Origin: Bacteroidales bacterium
GTDB taxonomy: Bacteria; Bacteroidota; Bacteroidia; Bacteroidales; WRLA01
Length of the DNA stretch: 47,710 nt
NCBI GenBank assembly: GCA_028710155.1
Contig: JAQUSR010000001.1
Span: 1-47,710 of the forward strand
Direction of reading: 5' to 3'
Shown here piece by piece: positions 8,591 through 19,128 of the stretch. How positions within the stretch are numbered: the first letter of the stretch is position 1; each line of letters begins with the position of its first letter. A program made the position numbers and the translations under genes. A model generated the notes under the pieces. The model did no database searches and was not told the origin of the DNA. It worked only from the letters and a program-made list of their open reading frames with translations.

Positions 8591-11419
8591 ATGGCAACCG
8601 AAAAAAAATTGTTTCTGTTAGACGAGATGGCGTTGATTTACAGAGCTTTTTATGCTTTGAACAAAACACCGCGACTGACTTCCTCGGGAGTGAATACCTC
8701 TGCCATTGTTGGATTTTGTAATACATTGTGGTCGATTATAAGCAAAGAAAAACCCACACATTTAGCAGTAGCTTGCGATGCGCACGCACCCACTTTTCGG
8801 CACGAGGAATTTTCAGATTATAAAGCCAATCGGCAAAAAATTCCGGAAGAAATTATCGATTCTTTGCCGTGGGTGGACAGAATTTTGGATGCTATGAACA
8901 TTCAAAAATTGATTTTGCCGGGGTTCGAGGCTGACGATATCATCGGAACCTTTGCCCGTAAAGGAGAAGAAGCCGGCTTTTCGGTGTATATGGTGAGTAT
9001 GGATAAAGATTTGGGACAATTGATAACCAAGAATATATATCTTTATAAACCGGGGCGAACAGGTGATTCTGTGGAAGTTTTGGGCGAAAAAGAAATTTGC
9101 GAAAAATTTAGTGTAGAAAATCCCTTGCAAATCATTGATTTATTGGGACTTTGGGGCGATGCATCCGATAACATTCCGGGCGTTCCGGGCATTGGCGAAA
9201 AAACAGCGAAAGACTTGCTCAAACAGTTTCCTTCTATTGAATCGCTGATCGAAAATGCCGACAAAATCAAAAATCCGCGAATGCAACAAAAAATGAAAGA
9301 TTTTGCCGAACAAGCATTGTTTTCCAAGAAGTTGGCAACCATCATAACCAATGTTCCCATGGCTTTTAATGAAGAAGAGTTGAAGGTAGTTGCCTTTGAT
9401 GAGCCGAAGTTGCGTGCGGTTTTGGAGGAATTGGAATTTAAAAGTTTTGCAACTCGTATTTTCGGAGCTTCAAACAACGTCCCGCCAACTATTGTTCAGT
9501 CACAACCAACTTTTTCCGGACAAGGTGATTTGTTTGGTCAACAAGGTGATTTGTTTGGTCATCAGGGCGATTTGTTTTTGGATGCTCCATCAAGCCGATT
9601 TAAAACGTTGGAACAGGTGCCGCATGTTTATAAGGTGGTTAAAACTAAAAAAGAAGCGGAAGAATTACGAGATATTTTATTGTCGGTCAAAGAGTTTGCT
9701 TTTGATACAGAAACTACCAGCACCGATGCTTATGCCGCTGATTTAGTAGGATTTTCGTTTGCAACGGAAGCCGGTAAAGCGTGGTTTGTTCCTGTTTCTG
9801 AGCTGTATGAAGAGTCGAAAGAGATGGTTCAAATTTTCAAGCAACCGCTTGAATCTAAAACAATTGTAAAGATCGGACAAAATTTAAAATATGATATAGC
9901 TGTGATGCGTTGGTATGGAATTCGTGTTGCCGAACCTTTGTTTGACACCATGATTGCACACTATTTGATTCAGCCGGAATTGCGGCACAATATGGATTCC
10001 ATCGCAGAAAAATTCTTGGAATACAGTCCGATAACGATTGAAACGTTGATAGGCTCAGGACGCAGTCAGTCCAACATGCGGTTAGCGTGGAAAAAATCGC
10101 CGGACAAGGTTGTCGAATATGCGTGTGAAGATGCCGATGTTACATTCCAATTGAAAAACAAGTTGTTACCGGAATTGGAAAAAGCCGATTTGACTCGATT
10201 GTTTTATGAAATAGAAATGCCGTTGGTGCCGGTTTTAACATCGATGGAGTGGGAAGGCGTGAAAATTGATACCGAATCGTTGAAAATATTTTCAGAACAA
10301 CTGACTTTGAATTTGCAAGAACTTGAAAAAGAGATATTTCAGTTAGCCGGAAAATCGTTTAACATTGCTTCTCCGAAACAATTGGGAGCCGTTTTGTTTG
10401 ACGATTTGAAGATTGCCGAGAAGATGAAAAAGACGAAATTAGGACAATATGCCACCGGCGAAGAGGTGTTGCAAAAATTACGTTTCAAACATCCAATCGT
10501 TAACAAAATATTGGATTTCAGAGGTTTATCAAAATTGCGTTCCACCTATACCGATGCGTTGCCATTGTTAATCAATAAACGAGACGGAAGAATACATACA
10601 TCTTACAATCAAACAGTTACATCGACAGGACGATTAAGCTCTACCAATCCTAATTTGCAAAATATTCCGGTAAGAACCGAATTGGGTCGCGAAATCAGGA
10701 AAGCGTTTGTTCCTCGTGATGAATCATTTACATTGATGGCTGCCGATTATTCACAAATAGAACTTAGATTGGTGGCATGTATCAGTCAAGATAAAACAAT
10801 GTTGGAGGATTTTAGAAAACATGCTGATATTCATAGTGCTACAGCATCAAGAATTTATGGAATTCCTTTGTTTGAAGTTACTCGTGAGCAACGCCGTAAC
10901 GCAAAATCTGTGAATTTTGGAATCATTTATGGAATTTCGGCTTTCGGATTGTCTGAAAATATCGGAATTTCGCGTAAAGAGGCTGCCGAAATCATCGAAC
11001 AATATTTTGAAAAATATCCTTCTATCAAACGCTACATGGAAAATCAAATTGCTTTTGCACGCGAACACGGTTATGTGGAAACATTAAAAAATCGCAGACG
11101 TTATCTTCCTGAAATTAACGCTTCTAACGCCAATATTCGGAATTTTGCGGAACGCAATGCCGTGAATGCACCGATTCAAGGTACTGCCGCCGATTTAATC
11201 AAAATTGCCATGATTGATATTTTTCAAGAATTTGAAAAACAACAACTTAAAAGCAAAATGATTTTGCAGGTGCATGACGAATTGGTATTCGATGTTTTTC
11301 AACCCGAAATAGAACAAGTGAAAGCCATTGTTCGTGATAAAATGATGAATGCCATGAAGTTGGATGTTCCTTTGGATGTGGATATTAATGTAGGCAATAA
11401 TTGGCTGGAAGCACATTAA
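8591..11419 (+). CDS. polA: DNA polymerase I
   Basis: 942 aa. It has a 5'-3' exonuclease N-terminus, a 3'-5' exonuclease domain (FDTETT) and Pol A motifs (DYSQIELR, RRNAKSVNFGIIYG, QVHDELVF). Confidence 0.97.
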   Translation: MATEKKLFLLDEMALIYRAFYALNKTPRLTSSGVNTSAIVGFCNTLWSIISKEKPTHLAVACDAHAPTFRHEEFSDYKANRQKIPEEIIDSLPWVDRILDAMNIQKLILPGFEADDIIGTFARKGEEAGFSVYMVSMDKDLGQLITKNIYLYKPGRTGDSVEVLGEKEICEKFSVENPLQIIDLLGLWGDASDNIPGVPGIGEKTAKDLLKQFPSIESLIENADKIKNPRMQQKMKDFAEQALFSKKLATIITNVPMAFNEEELKVVAFDEPKLRAVLEELEFKSFATRIFGASNNVPPTIVQSQPTFSGQGDLFGQQGDLFGHQGDLFLDAPSSRFKTLEQVPHVYKVVKTKKEAEELRDILLSVKEFAFDTETTSTDAYAADLVGFSFATEAGKAWFVPVSELYEESKEMVQIFKQPLESKTIVKIGQNLKYDIAVMRWYGIRVAEPLFDTMIAHYLIQPELRHNMDSIAEKFLEYSPITIETLIGSGRSQSNMRLAWKKSPDKVVEYACEDADVTFQLKNKLLPELEKADLTRLFYEIEMPLVPVLTSMEWEGVKIDTESLKIFSEQLTLNLQELEKEIFQLAGKSFNIASPKQLGAVLFDDLKIAEKMKKTKLGQYATGEEVLQKLRFKHPIVNKILDFRGLSKLRSTYTDALPLLINKRDGRIHTSYNQTVTSTGRLSSTNPNLQNIPVRTELGREIRKAFVPRDESFTLMAADYSQIELRLVACISQDKTMLEDFRKHADIHSATASRIYGIPLFEVTREQRRNAKSVNFGIIYGISAFGLSENIGISRKEAAEIIEQYFEKYPSIKRYMENQIAFAREHGYVETLKNRRRYLPEINASNANIRNFAERNAVNAPIQGTAADLIKIAMIDIFQEFEKQQLKSKMILQVHDELVFDVFQPEIEQVKAIVRDKMMNAMKLDVPLDVDINVGNNWLEAH
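9521..9583 (+). repeat. Tandem 21-nt (7-aa) repeat x3 in the polA inter-domain linker
   Basis: QGDLFGQ (9521-9541), QGDLFGH (9542-9562), QGDLFLD (9563-9583). Confidence 0.85.
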
Positions 11420-11541
11420 TGTATTGCGAGTTTTGTGATGAAAAAATGTTGGAATGAAAACAATATTTTTCTAACAAAATGATGAATTCAAGGTGTAAAA
11501 CATTGAATTTCTAAAAATATAACTACCTATTAATAGATAGC

Positions 11542-12741
11542 ATGAAATTACATATAGCTATTCCTGTGATGCGAGAACGAGCATGGATTCCGCAAACGAT
11601 GGATTGTATTGCACAACAATACGATGCAGGTGATTTTTGCGTATATGTATGTGTTAATCAGCCGGATATTTGGTGGGATGATGTAGAAAAACGTGAAGTT
11701 TGTTTGGATAACGAAGCAACTTTGGAATGGTTACACAACGAAAATCGTTTTCCGTTAGAGATATTGGATTTTTCGTCGAAAGGGCGGGGGATGAGCGAAA
11801 AAAAATCGGGAGTAGGATATGCGAGAAAAGCATTGTTTGACAATATTTTAAACGTTGCATCTTCGAGTGATTTAGTGATGAGTATGGATGCCGACACTAC
11901 TTTTCGAAAAGACTATTTTCATGCAGTTCGACAACAATTTCAATTGTTTCCGGATCATGTAGCTATGGCAACGCCCTATTATCATTCATTGACGGGTAAC
12001 GAAAATATGGATCGGGCAATGTTACGATACGAAGTTTATATGCGACTGTATGCGTTGAATCTCACAAGGATAGGAAGTCCGTACAATTTTACGGCGTTGG
12101 GATCAGCCATTGTAGTTCCGGTAGGAGTGTTGAAGGCGGTCAAAGGTATTACACCGCGCACTGCAGGCGAAGATTTTTATCTGTTACAAAAATTGCGTAA
12201 GTTTGGAAAAATCATTCAAACGTGTTCCGAGAAAGTATATCCTGCAACACGTTTTTCAGATCGAGTAGCATTTGGAACCGGACCGGCTATTTCTAAGAAA
12301 ATGATTGATTTGCAACGATCTTATCCATTATTTACACCGGATTTATTTGATGCAATTCAACAAACCTATCAACAATTTCCGCTACTTTGGGAAAACGATG
12401 TTGCTACACCAATGGACGATTTTTTATTTCGTCAATGGGGAGAACGTTGGTGGATACCGTTGCGAAAAAATTTTAAGACAAAAACACATTTTGTTCGAGC
12501 TTGTTACGAAAAAATTGATGGATTAAGAATTTTGCAATTTTTAAAACAGTCGATTCAAGAAACAGATGACAAGAAAAATTTTTTGAAAAATTGGCAATGC
12601 CTTTTTGATGGAGAAATGTTATCAGTTGATTTTCAAACAGCAACAATAGATGAATTGCAACGAATTAGAAATCGGTTAGTTACATTGGAAGAAAATCTTC
12701 TCCAAAAAAATCATCAAAATAATAATGAAATAAATGAATAA
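11542..12741 (+). CDS. Glycosyltransferase-like protein (GT-A fold, family 2-like)
   Basis: 399-aa ORF. The N-terminal beta-strand start (LHIAIPVM) and a DxD-like MDADT motif point to a GT-A fold. The assignment is tentative. Confidence 0.5.
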   Translation: MKLHIAIPVMRERAWIPQTMDCIAQQYDAGDFCVYVCVNQPDIWWDDVEKREVCLDNEATLEWLHNENRFPLEILDFSSKGRGMSEKKSGVGYARKALFDNILNVASSSDLVMSMDADTTFRKDYFHAVRQQFQLFPDHVAMATPYYHSLTGNENMDRAMLRYEVYMRLYALNLTRIGSPYNFTALGSAIVVPVGVLKAVKGITPRTAGEDFYLLQKLRKFGKIIQTCSEKVYPATRFSDRVAFGTGPAISKKMIDLQRSYPLFTPDLFDAIQQTYQQFPLLWENDVATPMDDFLFRQWGERWWIPLRKNFKTKTHFVRACYEKIDGLRILQFLKQSIQETDDKKNFLKNWQCLFDGEMLSVDFQTATIDELQRIRNRLVTLEENLLQKNHQNNNEINE

Positions 12742-12744
12742 AAA

Positions 12745-13476
12745 ATGATATTAGAAATTTGTGCTAATTCGGTTCAATCAGCAATAAATGCACAAAAAGG
12801 CGGTGCACAACGGATTGAGCTATGTCAAAATTTAAATGAAGGGGGAACAACTCCTTCTTATGCCACGATTGAATATTGTGCTAAACAACTGAAACTCAAA
12901 ACATTTGTTTTAATTCGTCCGAGGATTGGAGATTTTTGCTATTCGGATGTAGAATTTGAAATCATAAAAAAAGATGTAGCAGCTTGTAAAAAAGCGGGAG
13001 TTTCCGGAGTTGTGGTGGGCTTTTTACATCCGGATTTAACCATCGATGTTGAAAAAACAGCAGCTATTGTCAAAGAATCATATCCTATGGAAGTAACGTT
13101 TCATCGGGCTTTTGATATTTGTAAAAATTGGGAACAATCGTTGGAGCAAATTATTGAAGTAGGATGTCATCGTTTGTTGACTTCAGGACAAAAAAAATCT
13201 GCTTTTGAAGGGATGATGATGTTAAAAAATATAGTGCAAAAAGCAAATGGAAGAATACAAGTGATGGCTGGTAGTGGTGTTAATTCGCAAAATGCATTGG
13301 AAATTATTACGAAGTCGGGTGTTCAAGAAATTCATGCTTCTTGCAAAAAAAGAATTTGTCAAATATCAGATTATAAGGAAGATATATATTTAGATCGGTC
13401 CAATTTGATTTATACGGAAACGGATATCAAAGAGGTTGAAAAAATTCTTAAACAATTGAAAAACAATAAATTTTAA
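12745..13476 (+). CDS. cutC: Copper homeostasis protein CutC family
   Basis: N-terminal LEICANSVQSAINAQKGGAQRIELCQNLNEGGTTPS is the classical CutC signature. Length is 243 aa. Confidence 0.85.
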   Translation: MILEICANSVQSAINAQKGGAQRIELCQNLNEGGTTPSYATIEYCAKQLKLKTFVLIRPRIGDFCYSDVEFEIIKKDVAACKKAGVSGVVVGFLHPDLTIDVEKTAAIVKESYPMEVTFHRAFDICKNWEQSLEQIIEVGCHRLLTSGQKKSAFEGMMMLKNIVQKANGRIQVMAGSGVNSQNALEIITKSGVQEIHASCKKRICQISDYKEDIYLDRSNLIYTETDIKEVEKILKQLKNNKF

Positions 13477-13513
13477 ATATTAATAGTTCTTTTACCAACA
13501 ATCAATCAACAAG

Positions 13514-16129
13514 ATGAAAAAAAGATGGAATTTACTAATGGCATTGATTGCCTGCATGTTGCTTATTGCTTGCAACGAAAATCATTTTATCAATGATGCT
13601 GCTTATCGTCAACAGGTAATTAATGATTTTGAACAACGAAAAGAAATGGCTCAAGGACGAGAAAAAGAATTGTTTTCTGTGTTTGATCAGTCGATGACAG
13701 AAGAAGAAAGAGAAGCGTTGGAGTTTCTCTATGCGTATATGCCTTATAGCGATTTGGCTGATTATGATGGTGCGTTTTTTATCAATCAAGTGCGATATTC
13801 TTTCAAAGCTCGTGATTATTTTTCATGGGGCAAAACGATTCCGGAAGATATTTTTCGCCATTTTGTATTGGTTTATCGAGTGAATAATGAAAATCTTGAT
13901 ACAGCAAGAATGGTGATTTTCAATGAGATAAAAGATAGAATCAAAGGAATGTCGATGTATGATGCCGCTTTAGAAGTGAATCATTGGTGTCACGAAAAAG
14001 TAACGTATCGTCCATCGGATGGCAGAACCTCATCATCGTTGGCATCCATCAAAACGGCGTATGGTCGTTGTGGCGAAGAATCGACCTTTACAGTAACGGC
14101 GTTGCGTGCAGTAGGCATTCCTGCTCGTCAATGTTATACACCGCGATGGGCACATACCGATGATAATCACGCATGGGTGGAAGTGTGGGTAGATGGAAAA
14201 TGGTATTTTTTAGGAGCGTGTGAGCCTGATGCTGCGTTAAATATGGGTTGGTTTGCCGTTCCTTCTACACGTTGTATGATGGTTCATTCTAATGCTTTTG
14301 GAAAATATAAAGGAGATGAAGAGGTTAATGAGGCTACCGGTTTATTTTCGCGTGTTAATATGTTACCCAATTATACAAATACTAAAAAAATTGTTATTAA
14401 AGTAACAGATCAAGCAGGTAAAGCCATTCAAAATGCTACGGTGAAATTCAAATTATACAACTATGCCGAATATTATCCCATTGCCACCGGAACCACTGAT
14501 GAACAAGGTATTACTTCGTTAACTACCGGATTTGGCGATTTATTGATTTGGGCGAGTAAAGACGATGTATATGAATATGTTAAAATGGATGTGCGAAAGC
14601 AAGATTCAATGACATTAATTCTTCAAAAAAATGCAGGAAAAGTATATACAGAAATGTTGGAGATGATTCCGCCGACAGCTCAAAAGCATCATGCTGAGGT
14701 AGATCCGCAAAAAATCGCGTTGAATAATCTACGATTACAATATGAAGATTCGTTGCGCAATGCTTATTTAGCTACATTTCCTAAAGAAAATCAAACTAAA
14801 AATATGGTCAATGAAAACTTGACACAAGAACAAATTTGGGATTTTGTCAAAAAAAGTGAAGGAAATTATGCAGAAATCATTAAATTTTTGAACAATAATG
14901 CTCAAAAAAGAGAAGGATTGTATTTGAACGAATTTTTAAGTGCGTTGTCGGAAAAAGATTTACGCGATGTAGAGGCATCAACGTTACAGCAACATTTAAC
15001 GTTGTATGATGGATCAATACCGGAAGATGTTTACCTCAAAGGCATTATGCCGGCTCGTATCGGTTTGGAGATGATTCGTCCGTGGCGCACCTATCTTTCA
15101 GAACAGCTACTTCCGATCTTTGGTGATAGTTTGAATGTTTCAGTTTTGATGAATTGGATCAAAGAAAACATTAAAGTAGATAAAAATGGCAATTATTTCA
15201 ATTGTCCAATTTCGCCGCGTGGTGTGTTTGAATTACGCCTTTCCGATGCTCGATCACGTCAAATCTTTTTTGTCGCTGCTTGTCGTTCATTACAAATTCC
15301 TGCTTATTTAGATAATGCTACTAATCAATTATTTGTCTATGAAAACGATGCTTGGAATATTGTAACATTTGAAGCAGAAAAAATGCAAAATGCTACCGGA
15401 AAATTGATGTTGACTTATGAACAAAACAGCGATGTAAAACCGCAATATTGGATTCATTATACCATTGCAAAGTTTGAAAATGGAGACTTTGTAACATTCG
15501 ACTATGAGAACGATCCGCGTGTTGCCAATTTTCCCGTAACATTGGATTTGGAGACGGGATATTATATGCTTTCTACAGGCAATCGCTATAGTGATGGAAC
15601 CACATTGTCTCAATTGGAATTTTTCAATATCACAGAAGGAGAGGTGGTTACGAAGAGTATTACATTACGTACTTTAATACCTCGCGACGAATTTTACGGA
15701 ACGATGAATATTGATGATACGTTGACGATTGACGGAAAAGAGGTAAAAATATCTGATTGTATCAAAGACAAACAGCTGATACTCTGTTTTATAGATCCAA
15801 ATCGAGAACCCACAAAACACACTTTAAAAGAAATGGGGCAGTTTAAAACACAGTATGAAACATGGGGCGGAAATTTGTTTTTTGTGATTCCTTCGGATAA
15901 AAATAACACACCGTTTGATGCCAAAAAATGGAATCTGCCGAAACAGTCGCAAGTGATTATTGACGAAAATGCAGAATGGATGAATTCAATTTTAAATTCT
16001 ACCAATCAAGAATTTAGAGATAACTATCCGTTAATTTTTATTGTTAATACTGATGGCGGTTTGATATTCAAAACCGAAGGCTATCGTATTGGCACCGGTG
16101 AGTTGATATATAAATCGTTACAAAAATAA
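13514..16129 (+). CDS. Transglutaminase-like domain lipoprotein with a C-terminal thioredoxin-fold-like region
   Basis: Lipoprotein signal (LIACMLLIAC). Transglutaminase core Cys/His/Asp context (GRCGEESTF...NHAWVEVWVDGKWYFLGACEPD). The C-terminal ~120 aa look redoxin-like but lack CxxC. Confidence 0.75.
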   Translation: MKKRWNLLMALIACMLLIACNENHFINDAAYRQQVINDFEQRKEMAQGREKELFSVFDQSMTEEEREALEFLYAYMPYSDLADYDGAFFINQVRYSFKARDYFSWGKTIPEDIFRHFVLVYRVNNENLDTARMVIFNEIKDRIKGMSMYDAALEVNHWCHEKVTYRPSDGRTSSSLASIKTAYGRCGEESTFTVTALRAVGIPARQCYTPRWAHTDDNHAWVEVWVDGKWYFLGACEPDAALNMGWFAVPSTRCMMVHSNAFGKYKGDEEVNEATGLFSRVNMLPNYTNTKKIVIKVTDQAGKAIQNATVKFKLYNYAEYYPIATGTTDEQGITSLTTGFGDLLIWASKDDVYEYVKMDVRKQDSMTLILQKNAGKVYTEMLEMIPPTAQKHHAEVDPQKIALNNLRLQYEDSLRNAYLATFPKENQTKNMVNENLTQEQIWDFVKKSEGNYAEIIKFLNNNAQKREGLYLNEFLSALSEKDLRDVEASTLQQHLTLYDGSIPEDVYLKGIMPARIGLEMIRPWRTYLSEQLLPIFGDSLNVSVLMNWIKENIKVDKNGNYFNCPISPRGVFELRLSDARSRQIFFVAACRSLQIPAYLDNATNQLFVYENDAWNIVTFEAEKMQNATGKLMLTYEQNSDVKPQYWIHYTIAKFENGDFVTFDYENDPRVANFPVTLDLETGYYMLSTGNRYSDGTTLSQLEFFNITEGEVVTKSITLRTLIPRDEFYGTMNIDDTLTIDGKEVKISDCIKDKQLILCFIDPNREPTKHTLKEMGQFKTQYETWGGNLFFVIPSDKNNTPFDAKKWNLPKQSQVIIDENAEWMNSILNSTNQEFRDNYPLIFIVNTDGGLIFKTEGYRIGTGELIYKSLQK

Positions 16130-16140
16130 AAGTATTTTAA

Positions 16141-16179
16141 AAAAAACGCCCGCAAGTCATACGACAAGCGGGCGTTTTT
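16141..16179. terminator. Bidirectional rho-independent terminator between convergent genes
   Basis: aaaaaACGCCCGC...GCGGGCGTtttt: an 8-bp GC-rich stem (16146-16153 / 16168-16175) with an A-run on one side and a T-run on the other. Confidence 0.65.
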
Positions 16180-16196
16180 GTTTATGTCCATCAATC

Positions 16197-16658
<462 letters not shown>

Positions 16659-16707
16659 TTATTTATTTGATAATTAATTAGTTCTTTTAATAAATTTGAT
16701 TCAAAAA

Positions 16708-18516
16708 TTATTTTTCAATTTTTTGAAACGGTTCATATTTTCTGCCGCCGCCTTTGAATCCGGCGTTTTTATAAAATTCGACAAACGTCAAACGCATCGG
16801 GTGAACAAAAGCGCCCAAACCCGAAATGGCAAAGTTGATGGTGTGTCCGAATAATAAAATGAGAATCATTATCAGCTGACTGACTACCGGAATATCGCCA
16901 CTCATTTTCATGGCTAAATCGTTGAAAACCAATCCAAGAATGGATCCGGAAAGTCCCAATGCAAACAAACGGATGTAGGACAAAACATCGCCCAATAAGC
17001 CGGTTGCCATATTGTAGGCATCCCACAAACCCGACCCGATGTTGACCAACGGATCGTAAAATTTCCGAATCGGGCTGTTGAGTATAAAAACCAACAATGC
17101 ACCAATGCCCATCACAATATAAAATGTGGTTCCGATACCTGTCAAGTAGTAGGAAATGCCACCACCTAACAACAAAACAATCCATCCGATGGTAGAAACG
17201 GCTGCTCCAAATCCGTGCAGTTTTGTTAAGTTAATCACTTTTAAAAACATGCCGAACATGATTTGTACAACACCTATCATCAACGAGAAATTAAATGCAG
17301 AAAACCATCCACCATCTTTAAACATGAATCCTTTTAAGCTGTTAACAAACGGAATATCAACATTTAGCAATGGAATTCCAAAGAAAGTTCCGCTGATGGT
17401 TCCCATGATGGTTGTTCCCAATCCGATGAAAAATCCGAACCAAAGTACCGATTTCATCTTAGGCAGTTTCTTAGAAAGCAGCAATGCCAAAACAGCTAAA
17501 ACCATAAACAATCCGTAACCCGCATCGCCCAAACATAAGCCGAAAAACATCACATAGAATGGCGCAAAGAAAGGTGTCAGATCCAATTCCCAATAGGTAG
17601 GAATAGAATACATCTCGCCCAAAAACTCAAAAAGTTGAGCAAAAGCGTTGTTTTTCAACTTAATCGGAGGATCGTCTTTGTCGATTTCAGGTTTTGTGGC
17701 TTCGTAATAAACACTTTGTCCATCAAGCCAAGAAACGATTTTTGCTTCCAAATTTGTTGGAACCCAACCTTCTAACAACAGTAATTTTTCATCTGCTAAC
17801 TTATCGGCAGCATCGCTCACTTTGAAAAAGTCGGCAGCCTCTTTGATTTGTTGTAGATATTTTTCCAAGCCTTGAATGGCATTTTTTGCCACATCGTTCA
17901 ACATTTGCTGTTCTTGAACAATATCATCTTGAATTTGTTGTATCTCTTTTTCAATGTCGGTTTTCGAGAGTTGCGGAAATTGATATTTTTCAGCATCCAC
18001 AGCCACCTCTTTGCCTTTGGGAAGTATGGTCGTAAAATATGTTACACCGGTGAGTTCGTTGATTACAAATGCATTATAATCTTGTTCCCATTGTGGATTA
18101 TATTTTCGTGCCGGAGTAGTGAAAAAACGTACATCCCAATTGTTGGATTGAATTTCTTTCAAAGTCGTTTCCGGAAAACCGCCCCATGGATGATAAACAG
18201 CATCTTCTTTTTGTAAAGAGACTATCTTTTGTTGTTGATTTTCAATATTTTTAAATGTATCTTCCAAAAAATTGAGTAAATCAGATCCTGCTTTGTCGGA
18301 GGCAACAGAATGTGTTGAAGTTGGACGTTTGGAAAGCAATGCAATCATCGCTTTCGTTCGCTTCGACTCTACCAATTTCGCTTTAAGCGTTTCATCTTCA
18401 AAACTTTTCTTTTTAGTATGAACATGAACGACGCCTTGGTCGCGCAAATTTTCCAAAAAATGATGATAATCTCTGTGATAAATCAACATCGAGAGTTTTG
18501 TCATGGGTGTTATCAT
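16708..18516 (-). CDS. ntpI: V-type ATPase subunit I (a-subunit family)
   Basis: 602 aa. It has a soluble coiled N-terminal half and a polytopic C-terminal half with a conserved Arg context (LSYIRLFALGL). Confidence 0.85.
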   Translation of the reverse strand: MITPMTKLSMLIYHRDYHHFLENLRDQGVVHVHTKKKSFEDETLKAKLVESKRTKAMIALLSKRPTSTHSVASDKAGSDLLNFLEDTFKNIENQQQKIVSLQKEDAVYHPWGGFPETTLKEIQSNNWDVRFFTTPARKYNPQWEQDYNAFVINELTGVTYFTTILPKGKEVAVDAEKYQFPQLSKTDIEKEIQQIQDDIVQEQQMLNDVAKNAIQGLEKYLQQIKEAADFFKVSDAADKLADEKLLLLEGWVPTNLEAKIVSWLDGQSVYYEATKPEIDKDDPPIKLKNNAFAQLFEFLGEMYSIPTYWELDLTPFFAPFYVMFFGLCLGDAGYGLFMVLAVLALLLSKKLPKMKSVLWFGFFIGLGTTIMGTISGTFFGIPLLNVDIPFVNSLKGFMFKDGGWFSAFNFSLMIGVVQIMFGMFLKVINLTKLHGFGAAVSTIGWIVLLLGGGISYYLTGIGTTFYIVMGIGALLVFILNSPIRKFYDPLVNIGSGLWDAYNMATGLLGDVLSYIRLFALGLSGSILGLVFNDLAMKMSGDIPVVSQLIMILILLFGHTINFAISGLGAFVHPMRLTFVEFYKNAGFKGGGRKYEPFQKIEK

Positions 18517-19112
18517 GATGCTACCTCCTTCATTTGTCGTATTTTAACAATCTTTTGAGCGGCTTTTGTCAAAGTTTCTTCATCTTCCATCGCACGTTTG
18601 ATTTTGCGAATGGCATCTTCAAATCCCGGAATTTGTACTTTTTCGTACAAGTTTACTTTTTGTGTGGTTTTTTTTCTGGCTTTGCTCAATAACTCCATCT
18701 TACGAACCCAAAATTCGCGTTCTAAAGTTATGTCAATCAACGATTTCATATATTCAACGCCATCCAACATCCAAGCCGGTGCGTTAAAAACGCTGAACGA
18801 TTTGAGTTGATAAGTGGCTCCTTCATAAATAGGAGTATTGACACCGGCAATTTTTTTAACAGAAAATTTAACATCTTCTACTGACAGTAAATCGGGTTGA
18901 AATTCGTTCCACAAACGCAAAATATCGCCCGATTGTAGCAACGTTTGCTCCAATTTATCGTCAAATTCGGCAACTTTTTCTTTCGATCGCTTGACCTCCA
19001 TCCGCAAAGCCGACTCTTTATTTTTGATGGTAGGCAGCGTTCGAACACGAATCTTGAGCTGTTTCTCAAGCTGTTGCAACGAAGTTTTATTATATTGAAA
19101 TTTTATAGCCAT
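18513..19112 (-). CDS. ntpD: V-type ATPase subunit D
   Basis: 199-aa coiled-coil protein (LPTIKNKESALRMEV...). It has a 4-nt overlap with subunit I and sits between B and I. Confidence 0.8.
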   Translation of the reverse strand: MAIKFQYNKTSLQQLEKQLKIRVRTLPTIKNKESALRMEVKRSKEKVAEFDDKLEQTLLQSGDILRLWNEFQPDLLSVEDVKFSVKKIAGVNTPIYEGATYQLKSFSVFNAPAWMLDGVEYMKSLIDITLEREFWVRKMELLSKARKKTTQKVNLYEKVQIPGFEDAIRKIKRAMEDEETLTKAAQKIVKIRQMKEVAS

Positions 19113-19128
19113 ATTTCGGTTGACTCGT

